From Octopus vulgaris (taxonomy: Eukaryota), in the NCBI GenBank assembly GCA_951406725.2, contig OX597823.1, positions 109,554,001-109,618,000 of the forward strand: a stretch of 64,000 bases of DNA. The letters are read 5' to 3'. The notes beneath the pieces were generated by a model. That model was not told the origin of the DNA. It made no database searches and saw only the letters and a program-made list of their open reading frames with translations. Below are positions 29,921 to 44,281 of the stretch, piece after piece. Position numbers and translations under genes: made by a program. Each line of letters opens with the position of its first letter. The stretch's first letter is position 1.

Positions 29921-30309
29921 AATTATTTTTGTTATATTCTTAACTATTGTTTACTACGTTTTCGTAATAGAAAAATGGAGCAACTATTTTCCTTGCTTTT
30001 AATAATAACATTCACTAATTACCTCCGCTAAAAGTTATTTTACCTCCTGACTCATGTACAAAACAAACTTTCTCCTGCGAACATGGAATAAAGACTTCTC
30101 GTGATAGCATGGAATTATAACATGATCGCTAACTTTCTAGTCATGATGAGCAAAAGGGAAGCACTTGGACTGTGTAAATAGTTTATTTCGGAAAAAAATA
30201 TGTACATATTTTGTCCAACATAGAATTTCTCTGCATTTCCTTTTTCATATTTGTTGCTACACTTCAGCACGTGGAAAAATGTGTCCTTATCTAAACTTTC
30301 CAGCATATA

Positions 30310-31222
30310 TACGTGGTCTGATCAGTAAGTATTAGGGCTGTTCCCATAGTAACGAAGCTAAAGCTCATAGAGTATTGCCGCTTGGTACAGATTATCGTAT
30401 AACACTGTAGTGCATGCGCACTGAGTTTTAACGTTCTAACTCACTTCTGATGTTTACAGCAGTGCTTGGAAGGAAGGTGTGTAGCATGTGATTGTCACAT
30501 TGCCAATGACAGAGAAATTCGAGCAGTGAATCTGCATCAAATTTTGCCAAAATCCTGGCGACAACTGCTCAGAAGCCTATCCAATGTTTACAAAGAGTTG
30601 AAATCGTTCTCGATACAATTAAGTAGATATTGTGCAACTGAAATCCGAGAGTCTTTGGGGTCAGCTCAAAGCAGTTTCAACACAAGGTTGGCAGACAAGT
30701 GTCTCATACCCAAATCTTCAGGAATAATGAAATGAACTGAACCGTAACTAATCTGCACAGCCTCTGATAAATGACGGATGATTATTCGACGACTTCCCCT
30801 CACAGCTGCACGCAAATCTGCCATCATTTACTCAGCTCTGCTGGTTGCGGGTCTCTCAGAATATTCATCAATATCAACACTTTTCGACCATCTTGGAAAC
30901 GTCTAAAATACTCGTACACTTATGTGCAGCTTATGTACACTTCACTTATGTGCAACCTTTCCGTATACTTTAGGCAACTTTGCGTAGGCCTCTGAGCAGG
31001 TAATACCATGACAACTTTCTCTGTCATGGTCAATGTGACGATTACACGCTACACACTTTCCTCCCAAGAACTGTTGTAAACAGCGGAAGTGAGCCAGAAC
31101 GTTAATACTTAGTGCGCATGCGCAGCACTATTCGAGGTCAATCTTTGCCCAGTGGCTTCAGACTGCTTGCTTCAGCTTCGTTACTATGGCAACAATCCGA
31201 ATAGTTATTAATCAGACGTGTA
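30310..31222. mobile_element. Non-autonomous mariner derivative built from two inverted 5' ends (~200 bp inverted arms)
   Basis: Left TA-CGTGGTCTGATCAGTAAGTATT..CCATAGTAACGAAGCT mirrored at the right end; plus-strand MTEKFEQ*ICIKFCQ and minus-strand VYEYFRRFQDGRK..ERPATSR..MADLRAAVRGSRRIIIRHLSE are both transposase N-terminal sequence. Confidence 0.8.
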
Positions 31223-32680
31223 TATATATATATATATATAAATATTTATAAATGATAATATATTGCTACTGCCTACATATCACGTATGACCATGGACCTT
31301 AATGGAACATTCGTTCAACATTTGAGCTCATATAAAACATTTACAATGTACTATATTCTTTAAAAACTTTTCGATAATTTTATTATTAAATTCACAATGG
31401 AAAAACCAGGCAAGGTATAAGTATTTTCTGATGCACAAATATATATACTTTAATATAAAATATCTTGAGGTTTGGGCCTAAATGTAAAAATGATAACGCT
31501 CAAGAAAAAAAAACATGGTCAGTGCATAATCAAAAACATAGATTTGAAAGATATTCTCTCCCTTAAGCTTTCACATTCTTCAATACCAGTGATTTAGACT
31601 TGTTATCCTCTTAAGAATAAAACGTCTCAGGAAAAAGATGTAATTTCAAAAGAAATTACGTGTTATATACCTTCTATGTGTTTTACGATTCTTAATAGAT
31701 TTCTAACATTCTATTAGTCTTCAAAATAACCGTAGATTTCCATGGGTACTGCTAATATATCTCTTTGTGAGCGTGTATGAAAGAAATAATCATGTATTTG
31801 TGTTTTCATGTAAATTCAATTGTAATCAAGATTAATGTAACGCACAGCATTACTGATGACCACAAATACAAGTAAGGATTTGATGAGAACATTGCTTTGG
31901 GATTAATGTCCGACTTCTATGTACACCCTACACACAAACACACACATATATTAGCTAAAACAAATATGATTATGAATATGGATATGTACGCATATATATA
32001 TATATTTGTGTATATATATATATGTATGTATATGTATGTATACAGTGATCTGATTTCTTATGTTTAAAGTAAAATTCCTTTATATAACGGAATCCAATTA
32101 CTCGAATGTTGTTCTCGGACATAATTCAAGTTGGCACAATAAGGTTAGGCCATATTAAGCCTAGAAATCTCTTCTCTGTTTAGTGCACCGTGCCAATGTG
32201 TTACGTCATATTCCTCGCTAATGAACCGATATTTCTCACTCATATAAATATATACATTGCACACAAACAATTATGCAGACGCGATACTAATGCATATATA
32301 TATATACATATATGACATTTATACATACATATATATGTATATATGATATACATACTAATATATATGTATATATATAGTTATGTATATACATACTCACACA
32401 CAAATATATATATATACACATACACAAAATACATACGTATATATGTGTTTGTGTGTGTGTGTGTTTATATACATATATATATATATATATACATACATAT
32501 ATATATATAAGTATATATCTACCTATCTATCTATCTCTCTATATATATACATATATATGTGTGTGTGTGTGTGTGTATGTATAATACATGTATATGTTCA
32601 CACATGAATGAATAAAATTTTTGAGATACATATACGTAGTAATATATCTAGATAAATACGTATATACACAAATACACATG

Positions 32681-32713
<33 letters not shown>

Positions 32714-32718
32714 GTATG

Positions 32719-32753
<35 letters not shown>

Positions 32754-33208
32754 ATATGTATATATGTATGATGATTTGATGCGTGTATATGAATATATCT
32801 GAAGCTTAATTTGTGCCACTAGACCGATAGATATTTAAATCAATCATGATAGGACTATATGAAATAAAACAACACACTCACATACAAAAAAGAAAAACTG
32901 AAGATGCAATGCCATTGATTTCTACTCTAACTTTTATATTTCGGTTCCCTACTGACATCAGCTGAACGATTCCTTATTTTTCTTATTCTTCTTATTCTTC
33001 CTATTCTTCTTAGCAGAGTTTTTACTTCGTTTAACTCCGTTAAATAACGTTCTTCTTGTGATCACTGTCGCTAGATGGATTTGATGTAATAATTATTGTT
33101 GTTTATTATTAGGCTCAAGTAGAATCCCTCTATGTTTTTTGTTCTTTTGTTTTGTTTCTTGGCAGAATTACGTAAAGATTCTTAAATAGTAATCTGATTA
33201 TAGCTATG

Positions 33209-33277
<69 letters not shown>

Positions 33278-33278
33278 T

Positions 33279-33343
<65 letters not shown>

Positions 33344-33639
33344 ATATGTATATATGAATGCATGTATATATATGTACATATGTGTATATATACACACATA
33401 TACTTAGATGTATACACACATGCAAACACACAGAGAAACGCACACAGACACACAAGGACAAATATATACATACATACACACACACATATTCCACACATCT
33501 CTTAGATATTTGAGTTTGATAAATGGCAAATCTCTAGTAGTCATTGTTTTATTTACTCTTTTTCTTTACATATTACTTTCATTTTATTTCTTCCGGAAGA
33601 ATATAACAGTAGAGGCGTGGCGTTATTTAAAATATATCC

Positions 33640-33688
<49 letters not shown>

Positions 33689-33764
33689 TATATATATATA
33701 TAAATATATCTGCATATATATATATATACATATAAAGTTAATCCAAATATATATACATGTATAT

Positions 33765-33862
<98 letters not shown>

Positions 33863-34329
33863 TTGAAAGCATACAAGTATGTGTGTGTATGTCTGTTTAG
33901 ACATTCGCAAATACTCGTATGCGTAAATTTTAAAGTATTTTCCATGCATTACTTCGTTTGTTCTAAGACGTGATTTTGCAGTAAATAACGAAGAGGAAAA
34001 AAAAAAAACATATATATGATACAATTAAAGCGTACAACGATAAAATAATAAATATCAAGAGGAAAATACTAGATAAAACGGAAATCCATCGAACCTGTCA
34101 GACTATCATTTAGCACTTGCAGACAATTGTCTACATGAAATGAAAGGAATAAGTAACTTCCATTGAAAATGGTCGACTCCGACTATTCTAGTGGGAGTGA
34201 TTAACAATATTTTACAGTTGTCTTGCTGAGTTTTTTCGTTAACGCTATCCATCTGAGTTAGCATCGCCATTATTATTGTTGCTGACGTTAATAATAATAA
34301 CATTATTAGTATTGTTATTGTTATCATTG

Positions 34330-34393
<64 letters not shown>

Positions 34394-34563
34394 CATCATT
34401 ATTATTATTATTATTGTTATTATTATTATTATTATTATTATCATCATCATCATCATTATTATTATTATTATTATCATTATTATTATTATTATCATCATCA
34501 TCAATGTTAATATTATTAGTATTTATTACTGTTATTCATATTCATATTATTATTATTATTATT

Positions 34564-34596
<33 letters not shown>

Positions 34597-35309
34597 ATCG
34601 TTGATGTTGTTGTTATCATTATGACTATTACTATTATTATTAATGGTAATAATGATGACGACGACGATATAATTTTATCAACAGCAAGGAAAACGAAAAT
34701 AATACTAATACTAATAATTTTTATCATTACGTAAGAAGTATTATTTTAATGTAAGAAATCAATTATTTTTATTACTATCATTATTGTTACTTTCTCTACA
34801 TCACAAATATTCATTTCTAAATAATAAATTTGTTGTATATTATATTGTTCTTGTTATTACAATCATTATTGCTTTTAGTATTGTTATTATTAGTATCATT
34901 GGGAAACAATGAAATAATATTAGATACTGTTTAGGAAAGAGCTAATGATAGAAAGAAATAGGTTAAAAGTGTGCTAGTTAGCAGCGTAAATTTGGTGATT
35001 AGAAAAGGCATCGCTACCTTTGTATTTATGGAATGAATGGCTCCCGACAATATTCTTCAACGCAAAACACGAAGGCTTCCATGTCAGACTTAAATCTCGT
35101 CTCCTGAAATAAAATGGAAAAATTGCATTCGATGAGCACGAGTAGCGGAGATGTAATGTAGCAACAAAGCCACGGTCCAATCTTTGACAAGTACGAGTTT
35201 ACAAGAATACGTCTGCCGTGTTTCAGGTGCATAGTACTTTACAGTAACATTATTTTAGAGTAAGCTATATGCTAGAAATGATTATGGATTTCACTGCCTA
35301 TGTCTACCA

Positions 35310-35560
35310 CTTGCTGCGGATCTCAACCGAAGTGGAAAAAGCTGTGAACACAAATTACAAGAACTGAGGAACGGGAGATATTTGGGCTGTCTTGCAATGG
35401 ACAGATCATCTGTCTTGGATGTTTTGCCCTATGAATTTTATGGTTATATGTCAGACTTGTTTGGATGGCCCCTGGCAAATGCCTAACCCGACTGACAACA
35501 GAACGGGAGGATCCCCATCGTGTTATATTAATGCCGTTGAGAAAGGACGTCAGCAAAGGG
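35310..35560 (+). mobile_element. Tx1/L1-like LINE fragment (start of RT region)
   Basis: SSVLDVLPYEFY resembles the SPG.DGLP.EFY motif; followed by QQNGRIP. Confidence 0.5.
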
Positions 35561-36109
35561 ATTAATATTATACTAGCGGGATGCGTGAATATTTTAAGGA
35601 ATTAATAGTAAACCTAATGGGTTATCTCTGAAAACTTTATCCAAAACCCCTGAAAGCGTAGTCTATGTTGTCTTTCTCTCCTCTCTTTACCTTTCTTTAA
35701 CCTCAACCATCAGAACATCACCCCTCTTCTAAAAGTATATTTTTAACTCCCTTTCTCTGCCTTCAGCTAACTTTTTTAACCACATAATAAATGTTACGTT
35801 CACCCTACCTCCTGTCATGGCGCTCCACTCCCTCTTTCTCTTTCTTCCTCACTCTTCACTTAACCTGTTTTTCTTTCTACTTTTTCTTTCTCCTCTCTTT
35901 CCCTTCAACTATTCACGTGAAAGCGTTACAATTACATTCCCTCTACCTCACTTCATGGACGTTTCTCTCTTCCTCTTTTCTCCCCCTCTTTTCTCTCTTC
36001 CTCTTTTCTTTTTCCCTCTTTCACGTGAAAGCTTTACCGACGGGATAAGTAGTGAAAGTTTTCGATTGGATCGATCATCAGCCCTTGCCAGCCAATTATA
36101 GTTCCATTT

Positions 36110-36900
36110 CCAGAAGTTGGATCACGATCGCAGTAATACACTATAGTACATGCTTCGTGGTCAAAGTGAACCTCTAAATTCCTCTCGGAACCGTTTCATA
36201 TCACACGCTGTGTCTCACAGACGTCTCACCGTTCGCCTCTTCTACATTTGCTAGTTCTAGAGCCATTATTGCCGAAGCTAGAATTTCTGAAGTGTAACTC
36301 TTTCAAGGTGCAAGAGATATATGAAGGCGTACGCAGATGTTATCTCTAATATTGGATCAGCTACCACGGATGTGCAAGTAGTCGGTTCCACCCTAAAGGA
36401 ATACAATGCGCTGGCAAAGATAAATCCGGGCTTGTCGGTAGGCCTGCGGCTCAGCACATATATATGCCGTCGAATAGTATTGTAATTCGCAGAACAAATG
36501 GACAAACATTCTCAGCTTTACTCTGGCCGTCCCTATTTAGTTACCACCACAGTCTCTCTTTATATCTAGTACACCATTTTCTCCCCATTGCTACAAATGA
36601 TGATATATTAGTGACATGCAGAGAGTCGGGTTCTAATCGGAGTATTAGGTGCTCCGTCGAACACACCTCGTTTCACTTTTCCCGGCATTGTTGTTGATTA
36701 TTGAGCAAGATGTGTTTCATTGTACATTTATTCCTGCTCTGATCATTCTAAAAGTAATGGCTGATGGCAGAGTCGCTGTTACTGCAGCATCAGTCCAGTA
36801 GATGCCTCTACTACCACTCTTTTGTCCATATATTGGCACAACTCACTACATATTACGAACGAGCCTTGCCTGACTTTCCGGACAATCCTAAGTTTCAAGC
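36110..36900 (+). mobile_element. Tx1/L1-like LINE RT fragment, heavily decayed
   Basis: SEPFHITRCVSQTSHRSPLL..LVLEPLLPKL (cf. GVRQGCPLSPLL...LEPLL), AYADV (cf. YADD) and AKINPGLSVGLRL; right boundary approximate. Confidence 0.6.
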
Positions 36901-36945
36901 TCCAGGCATACTTCTCTAAAATGTGTGACACAGTCAAGGGAATAC

Positions 36946-37170
36946 TTATTTCTTTATTGCCCACAATGAGCTAAACATAGAGAGGACAAACAAGGACAGA
37001 CAAACGGATTAAGTCGATTATATCGACCCCAGTGCATAACTGGTACTTATTTAATCGACCCCGAAAGGATGAAAGGCAAAGTCGACCTCGGCGGAATTTG
37101 AACTCAGAACGTAGCTCAGACGAAATACGGCTACGCATTTCGCCCGGCGTGCAAACGTTTCTGCCTGATC
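36946..37170 (-). mobile_element. SINE family A monomer with 13 bp TSD
   Basis: Flanked by GTCAAGGGAATAC at 36933-36945 and 37171-37183. Confidence 0.92.
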
Positions 37171-37422
37171 GTCAAGGGAATACATATCCAGCTATACATA
37201 GAGTAGCCATCTTTTTACAATTTGCAAGACAAAAGTATGACAGTTTCCTTCTACATTTTCCGGGGAAAATACTGGAGAAATCTTTCTTGAGACATTATTC
37301 CTTCAAAATTTACACTTTTCTTGGAGCTGGTTTGTTACGTGCAACATTAACAAAATTCAACTACAGATATCAATAATAAGAACAAAAGAAAGCAACATGA
37401 CTAAAGTGATATATGTGAGTGT

Positions 37423-37474
<52 letters not shown>

Positions 37475-38156
37475 AAAATGTGAAATATCTTTTTCTGTCT
37501 AAAAATAAATTGTATAAAAGAAACACACCCTCTGGAATAGTAGAACAACCAAGATGCTAGAAAATGCTAGCGCACTCGACACTGCTAAAGGAAGAGACTG
37601 AGAATTTGAACTCAGAACGAAGCGGCAGACGAAATACCGCTAAGTATTTCGCCCAGCTCGCCGCCTTAAAGTACTTAAAGTGAACTGAATTACTTTGCTC
37701 AACAGCATAACTTGGATCGCAGACCAAGAAATCCATTGCATAACCTTATAATTGCTAATCCAAGATCCTAAACATTGGGTCACAAAACTAGCGGACGCCA
37801 GCATGCCTGAGTGGTTTGGAAGTTCGCTTGACAACCACGAAGTCCCAGGTAAGATTCTACCTACAAGAAATATCAGAAAGCTATGTTTATTATAGCCTCT
37901 TGTCAACCCATGTCTTGAGAAAGCTGTTGATGCAAATTGTTCTAACGGGTGATACATGTAATTGGAATGTCTATCGTTGCCACCCTTCGAAACTATCAGG
38001 GGTACATGGGCGTGTAAAATATTCAGATGCACATAAATTCAAGGACTAGGATAAGCACCTGAGTGACTATCTCATTTATCATCCACGAAAATCAATGTGA
38101 GAGTCTCTATTAGACTCTCACATTAATGACAACGCAAACACACATATACGCATGCA

Positions 38157-38196
<40 letters not shown>

Positions 38197-38666
38197 GGTA
38201 CGTTTACGAAATTGGGTACTCAGACTCGAGAGTCTAGGCGAGTATATTGCAATATTCATGATGACCAGTAACTTCTGCGAATCGCCCACTTTAGCCATTT
38301 TGATTAAATAAATGTTTCAGCTAGAGTTAAAGTCCCATCCTATATACATATATACATACGTAATGCATATATATATATATATATATATATACGTACATGT
38401 ATGTATATATATATATATATATATACACACAAAGGAAATAGATGAAGCAAAGTATATATGTAGACGCAGATATTAAAGCCAGATGGCCACACATACTTCT
38501 TCACACAGCTGTTAAAGTGTATTGTATGAAGCAATATGCCAGCCAACTGCGCCGCCTTCACACGTCTCGACTTCCTCGGACAGTTATACCAGTGGTCAAT
38601 ATTTAACTAGAAACATCGCGAAAGATTAAAACAAATAGATGAATCAGCAAATGACAGATGTCAAGA

Positions 38667-38668
38667 AC

Positions 38669-38699
<31 letters not shown>

Positions 38700-38728
38700 A
38701 TGGTTGTGGTGGTGGTGGTGATGATGAT

Positions 38729-38759
<31 letters not shown>

Positions 38760-38790
38760 ATGATGATGGTGATGGTGATGGTGATGATGA

Positions 38791-38850
<60 letters not shown>

Positions 38851-39009
38851 ATGGTGATCATGATGATGATGATGAAGAAGATGATGATGATGATGATGAG
38901 GGTGGTGGTGGTGATAGTGGTGGTGGTGGTGATCATGATGCTGCTGCTGCTGATAATGATGATGACGATGATGGTGATGATGATGATGATGATGCTGATG
39001 ATGCTGCTG

Positions 39010-39060
<51 letters not shown>

Positions 39061-39125
39061 ATGATGATGATGATGTGGGCGATAATGACGGTGACAACGA
39101 CAATAATGATGATGATGTCGGTGAT
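38667..39125. repeat. (GAT/GGT/GCT)n trinucleotide mosaic
   Basis: Direct reading. Confidence 0.9.
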
Positions 39126-39643
39126 GTAGATTTTAATAAAGATAATAACGATAGCGCTGTTGTTACTGTTTGCTGTGATGGTAGGAATGGGCGATGGCGG
39201 ATGGGGAAGATAGCAATAAACAAATAAATAAATGCAATAAATACATGAAAAAAAATACTGATTGAAAATTAATCTTAAAAGGTCAATTGTTTCCATGAAC
39301 CTTCTGTTTAAAAGCTGGCATAGATCAAATGATATTACAATATCGATCTAATTTCGAAAAGCTGAAGAATTCTCACAAGAACTTTGCATTCGCAGATCAT
39401 ATTACATGGTTATTTTGCTGCAGGTATTACTTCAAATCAACTTGACCTTTATTTTGGTAACGGTTCTACAAATTGTCTGCCAATATACTATCAAGTGAGT
39501 GTATTTGGACACTTCTGTTGTTGCAATTGCTTTCGACGAGTTTCGGATTTCGTTGCAAAATTAACACTTTTATCATTTACTTAACGTCTGCTGGTCAGCT
39601 GTAGTGTGGTTATGCTTGACCGTCAGGATGGAGGAGACGAAGT

Positions 39644-39678
<35 letters not shown>

Positions 39679-39979
39679 CATTACAGGCACATACATACAC
39701 ACAATCATACGTATACACATCCGTATGTGTGAGAAATTGCTTGTCTTTGTGTTTCTGCATATGTATATGTGTGTGTGTGTGTGTGTGTGCTTACATTTAA
39801 AGCGTACGTACCTACATATATATTTGTATGTGTGCGCATATGTATGTATAAATATGTGTGTATACATGCATACATACGTACACACATACATTTTGTACAT
39901 ATACATACACATAAAGACATACATTTATGCGTGATAGATTGTTACACACACACACATATATATGTATGTATGTATATAC

Positions 39980-40040
<61 letters not shown>

Positions 40041-41156
40041 ATATACATGCATATATATACATATATACACACACATATTACCAAATTGTCCGAAAGAGAA
40101 TTAATTAAATGGATGAAAGTGAAATTGAAAGTCTGTTACGATAGTTTTTTTTTGTTTGTTTATTTCATTTCTTGCATTGTTATTTGATTGTTTATTGATA
40201 TGAATGAGATATTGATGGAAAGAAATAACATTATCGATCATTGATCAGGAAACATAACGTCTTGATCAATCAAATATCAGTTAAAACCCTTCACTTAGTT
40301 CGCATGCGAAAACAATATAAGAGAGAAGTATGAATTGTATTTTCTTTTCACCTCCTGCACACACACACACACACACCCACGCACATATACATGCGGGTGT
40401 GTGTACAAACATATATACATTCGTATGTATGTGTATATAAACATGTATGTATATATGTATGCATGTTTGTGAATATATATATATATCTGTGTGTGTAGGC
40501 ATGTATGTATATAAAAAGGTATTTCTTGGCATGAATTCGTTTATGGTTGTGTTTTTGCGAGTATGGCTATGTTGGCCTCGGTGTATATGTGCGGATGTAT
40601 ATACATCGGCACATATGTGTGCTTGCATACACTTATAAGTTTGTGTATTTGTATGCCAGTGTGTATGGCTTTCAGTTCGTAGTTTACTTTTCTGACACTA
40701 AGAGCCTGATACTTCGAGATTGATCCAACACAAGCTTCACGCCGGAATTATGAGCTTTTTTGTTTTCTCTTTTTGAAAGACAATTAATTCACGTATTTCT
40801 GAAGCTATTTATCAAACCAATGTGGCATAACTAACAGGTAGACAGAATCCTGGTTCGAATTTTCGTCACGCTTGTATACAGACATACTTTATGGTTAGGA
40901 ATTTCTTTTCTGCTACCTTTTCTTTTTACTTTTTTCTTTTACTTGTTTCAGTCATTTGACTGCGGCCATAATAGAGCACCGCCTTTAGTAGAGCAAATCG
41001 ACCCCGGGACTTATTCATTGTAAGTCCAGTACTTATCCTATCGGTCTCTTTGTTGCCGAACCGCTAAGTGACGGGGACGTAAACACACCAGCATCGGTTG
41101 TCAAGCAATGCTAGGGGTACAAACACAAACACACAAACACACACACACACATACAT

Positions 41157-42712
41157 GTTAGTTAGTTAGTTAATTTGGCTCAAAAGCAAATAGCAAGGCC
41201 ATGTAGGGGGACATGGAGTTAAGTACAGGGTGGTGTTCATGTAAAGAGTTCAGGCCACTTGAGGTCCAGGGAGGCTTTGAACAAAGCGGTCGTCGGCATC
41301 TTCACCATCTCGTCTGGCAACTTGTTCCACGGATCCGCAACCCGGACGGAGAAAGCTCCTCTCCTTCGATTAAGATGAAATCGTCGCAGGTAGAGCTTTT
41401 CGGAATGACCCCGCAGCCGACGCTCTGGAGCAGGAGTGAAGAACAGCTCTTTCGAGAGGTTACACTTTCCGCTTATGATGTTGTGGGCGAGAATGAGATC
41501 ACGACGGCGGCGGCGTTTTTCAAGAGAATAAAGGTCGAGCGTCCTCAGCCTTTCTTCGTAGGACAAATTTTTGAGACCATGAACCATGCGGGTAGCCAGC
41601 TTCTGGACTCTTTCGAGATGATGTATGTCTTTGAGGAGATAAGGAGAAGAGGCTTGAATCCCATACTCCAATATGGGTCTCACCAGCGTGACATAGAGTG
41701 GTAGGAATATGGCTGCCGTGAGCATTCCGAATGACCGTCGAATCAAGAACAGAATTCCGCATGCTTTGTTGGCAGCATGGACGCACTGGGCCGAAGGCAA
41801 AAAGGAGAAATCCACCAAGATACCCAGGTCCTTTACCTGATCGGTCCTCTCCAGCAGCAGACGACCCGGCTCGAAATCAAGTTGAGTTGCAGGAGTAGAG
41901 CCGACAGGCAGATGACAGCACTTTGACACGTTCAGACACAGGTCCCAATTGTTAGACCACTTCCAAATTTGGTGGAGGCATCGACGAAGATCCTCTATAT
42001 TACCGCGAGGAGCAACCAGTTTGATATCGTCGGCAAATAGAAGGGTGTGTTGCGTGAGGTCGTCGGGCAAGTCATTTATGAAGACTAAGAACAACAAGGG
42101 CCCAAGCACTGAACCTTGAGGCACGCCACTGCTCGCACTGGAGACGTCGGACCGCGAACCATGAACTTGGACTTGGAAGGAGCGATCTGAGAGGAAGGCA
42201 CCAACCCATCGTACAATATCCAGATGGAAACTATATGCTTGAAGCTTGACAAGTAATAGGCGGTGGTTTACCGAGTCAAAAGCTTTGACAAAGTCCAATA
42301 AAACGATGTCAACAGCATCACTATCATCGAGGATGCGCGTCACCAATTCTTCCATTACTAGTAAGTTGGTCAAGCATGATCTCTTCGGCACGAAGCCGTG
42401 TTGGGAATCAGAGATAGAGGCTGTGTTTAGGAGGTGGAGCATCATACTTTTCTTAAGGATGGTTTCGAACATCTTGCTGATTATTGATGTAAGGGAAACC
42501 GGTCGGTAGTTAAGCGGGTCTTCGCGGCTCCCTTTCTTGAAAATTGGGCAGATCATCGCTGTTCTCCAGTCTGCAGGTATAACACCCATCGCCAATGACA
42601 TATTGAATAGTCGTGTTAAGGGCTCGCAGATGACCGGAGCCAACGCTTTGATAACCCGTGGGTGTATGCCGTCAGGGCCGTGACACTTGTTGACATCGAG
42701 GCCTTGAATAAC
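41157..42712 (-). mobile_element. 5'-truncated CR1-clade LINE with (TAAC)n tail
   Basis: Intact RT ORF, ~65 bp 3' UTR and terminal TAACTAACTAACTAAC; much higher GC than its surroundings. Confidence 0.93.
41237..42712 (-). CDS. CR1-type LINE ORF2 reverse transcriptase (5'-truncated; frame open upstream of the listed 468 aa ORF to ~42712)
   Basis: KCHGPDGIHP, NYRPVSLTS, QHGF, LDFVKAFDSV, GVPQGSVLGPLLF, LFADD, KDLG, RPILEY, LERVQ, RRRRDL, LRGH and WNKLP motifs with no stops. Confidence 0.93.
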   Translation of the reverse strand, partial: VIQGLDVNKCHGPDGIHPRVIKALAPVICEPLTRLFNMSLAMGVIPADWRTAMICPIFKKGSREDPLNYRPVSLTSIISKMFETILKKSMMLHLLNTASISDSQHGFVPKRSCLTNLLVMEELVTRILDDSDAVDIVLLDFVKAFDSVNHRLLLVKLQAYSFHLDIVRWVGAFLSDRSFQVQVHGSRSDVSSASSGVPQGSVLGPLLFLVFINDLPDDLTQHTLLFADDIKLVAPRGNIEDLRRCLHQIWKWSNNWDLCLNVSKCCHLPVGSTPATQLDFEPGRLLLERTDQVKDLGILVDFSFLPSAQCVHAANKACGILFLIRRSFGMLTAAIFLPLYVTLVRPILEYGIQASSPYLLKDIHHLERVQKLATRMVHGLKNLSYEERLRTLDLYSLEKRRRRRDLILAHNIISGKCNLSKELFFTPAPERRLRGHSEKLYLRRFHLNRRRGAFSVRVADPWNKLPDEMVKMPTTALFKASLDLKWPELFT

Positions 42713-44167
42713 ACGTATATATATACATATATACGACAGGTTTCTTCCAGTTTCCGTCTACCAAATCCACTCACAAGGCATTGGTCGGCCCGGGGCTATA
42801 GCAGAAGACTCTTGCCCAAGATGCCACGCAGTGGGACTGAACCCGGAACCAAGCGGTTGGTTAGCAAGCTACTTACCACACAGCTACTCCTGCGCCTGTT
42901 TGGAAAATTGGAGAATTTTGTACTATAGCCTAATGTTTTTTAATTGTGAGTTTGTGTGTGTGTGTGTGTGTGTGTGAGTGTGAGTTTGTGTGTGTGTGTG
43001 TGTGTGTATATGTGTATGTGTGTGTGCATGCATGTATACGGTATTCGCCATTATCGTAGCGTCTACTTCTGTGTTGACATATCACAACACGCTAAATACG
43101 CACAGTGACAATTTGTTGATACAATGCATATTGATGTTTATCCGCGACTGGCCCAATGGCAAGGGGTTAGGGATACCGGGGCCCCGGTATGTAGTGAGGA
43201 GCCTTATAACCAGCCAGCATAGATTTGTCCTGTTGTAGCTAATGGCTGCACAAAAAGCACAACTTGCCACCGAATGTCCGACAGACGTAGATGGTGCATG
43301 ACCAGGGTACCCGACAGGTGTTGGAACTGTTCTGGTTTTGGTGAAGGAAATTAAGGCAGAGCTTAGTCAACATGCTAGTTAACCAACAGCTGAGAAGCTA
43401 ACAGATGCTACTACTCCGGTTCAGAGTAGACCTGGGAACAATAATGATTAAGAGATGGTTCCAACCCTCCTCAAAGCCTTAGAGCACTATTGGAGGCTCA
43501 GTTTGTTAATCGGAAGTTATAGAGATACGTGTTTGATGCTGGAGTGGAAACTGCATGATATAGGAGAGATCGTCCTTATTCCCTTGGGACTATTGTCTGG
43601 GATCACATTCAGTGTCCTCAGTGTCAAAGAAGGCACGTCCAACTCCCTTGAGAAACAACGTGCTGGAGGCGGAAGATGATGAATATCTTGGATAGACGCT
43701 GTCTTCACCTTTGATGAGCCATCAGAAGCAAGTTAGCAATGGGTATTTACTAATTCTGGCTTCACTTACGTGTTAAATCTAACTTGACTGCATAAGGATT
43801 AAAGACGGTGCGTTCCTGATAGAAGAGTTAGTTAATAATACACTGACTACAGATAAAATATAGTAATTATTTTATGTCATAGCTAGGAAAGTTTAGGTTA
43901 CTTCCACTTTAACAAGTACACTCGGTCATTCAAGCTTCACTTAATAAACGCATGAGAGAGAGAGAGAGAAAGAGGGAAGAGAAAGAAAGTGAGAGTGAGA
44001 GAGAGAGAGGGCGTGAGCACGCACGCGTACAAAATAGGTTTCAGGAAGCGAAAAGAAAAATGTATGAATATATACTTTTATTATTTCTGAGGTTTAAAAA
44101 ATATCTTCAGGGACGATTAAAAATAAATATACTATATATATAATCTTATATAATATAATATGATATT

Positions 44168-44220
<53 letters not shown>

Positions 44221-44245
44221 AAACATCAAATATAAAAAACATCAA

Positions 44246-44281
<36 letters not shown>

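Larger units (their letters stand above)
40918..42897 (-). mobile_element. SINE family B split by a LINE insertion (3' half 40918-41156, 5' half 42713-42897)
   Basis: Both halves match the uninterrupted copy at 56112-56562, in collinear order. Confidence 0.9.

Noticed and set aside
36030-36085. Minus-strand CTGATGA..GAAA hammerhead-like string
   Set aside because: Stems I and III cannot be paired convincingly
38658-39296. Poly-Asp/Met/Ile ORFs
   Set aside because: Trinucleotide microsatellite mosaic
41213-41704. 163 aa plus-strand ORF
   Set aside because: Antisense shadow of the LINE RT ORF
43120-43700. GC-richer segment with short ORFs and a tRNA-like start
   Set aside because: No recognisable protein motif; probably old SINE/LINE debris, but it cannot be assigned from sequence alone
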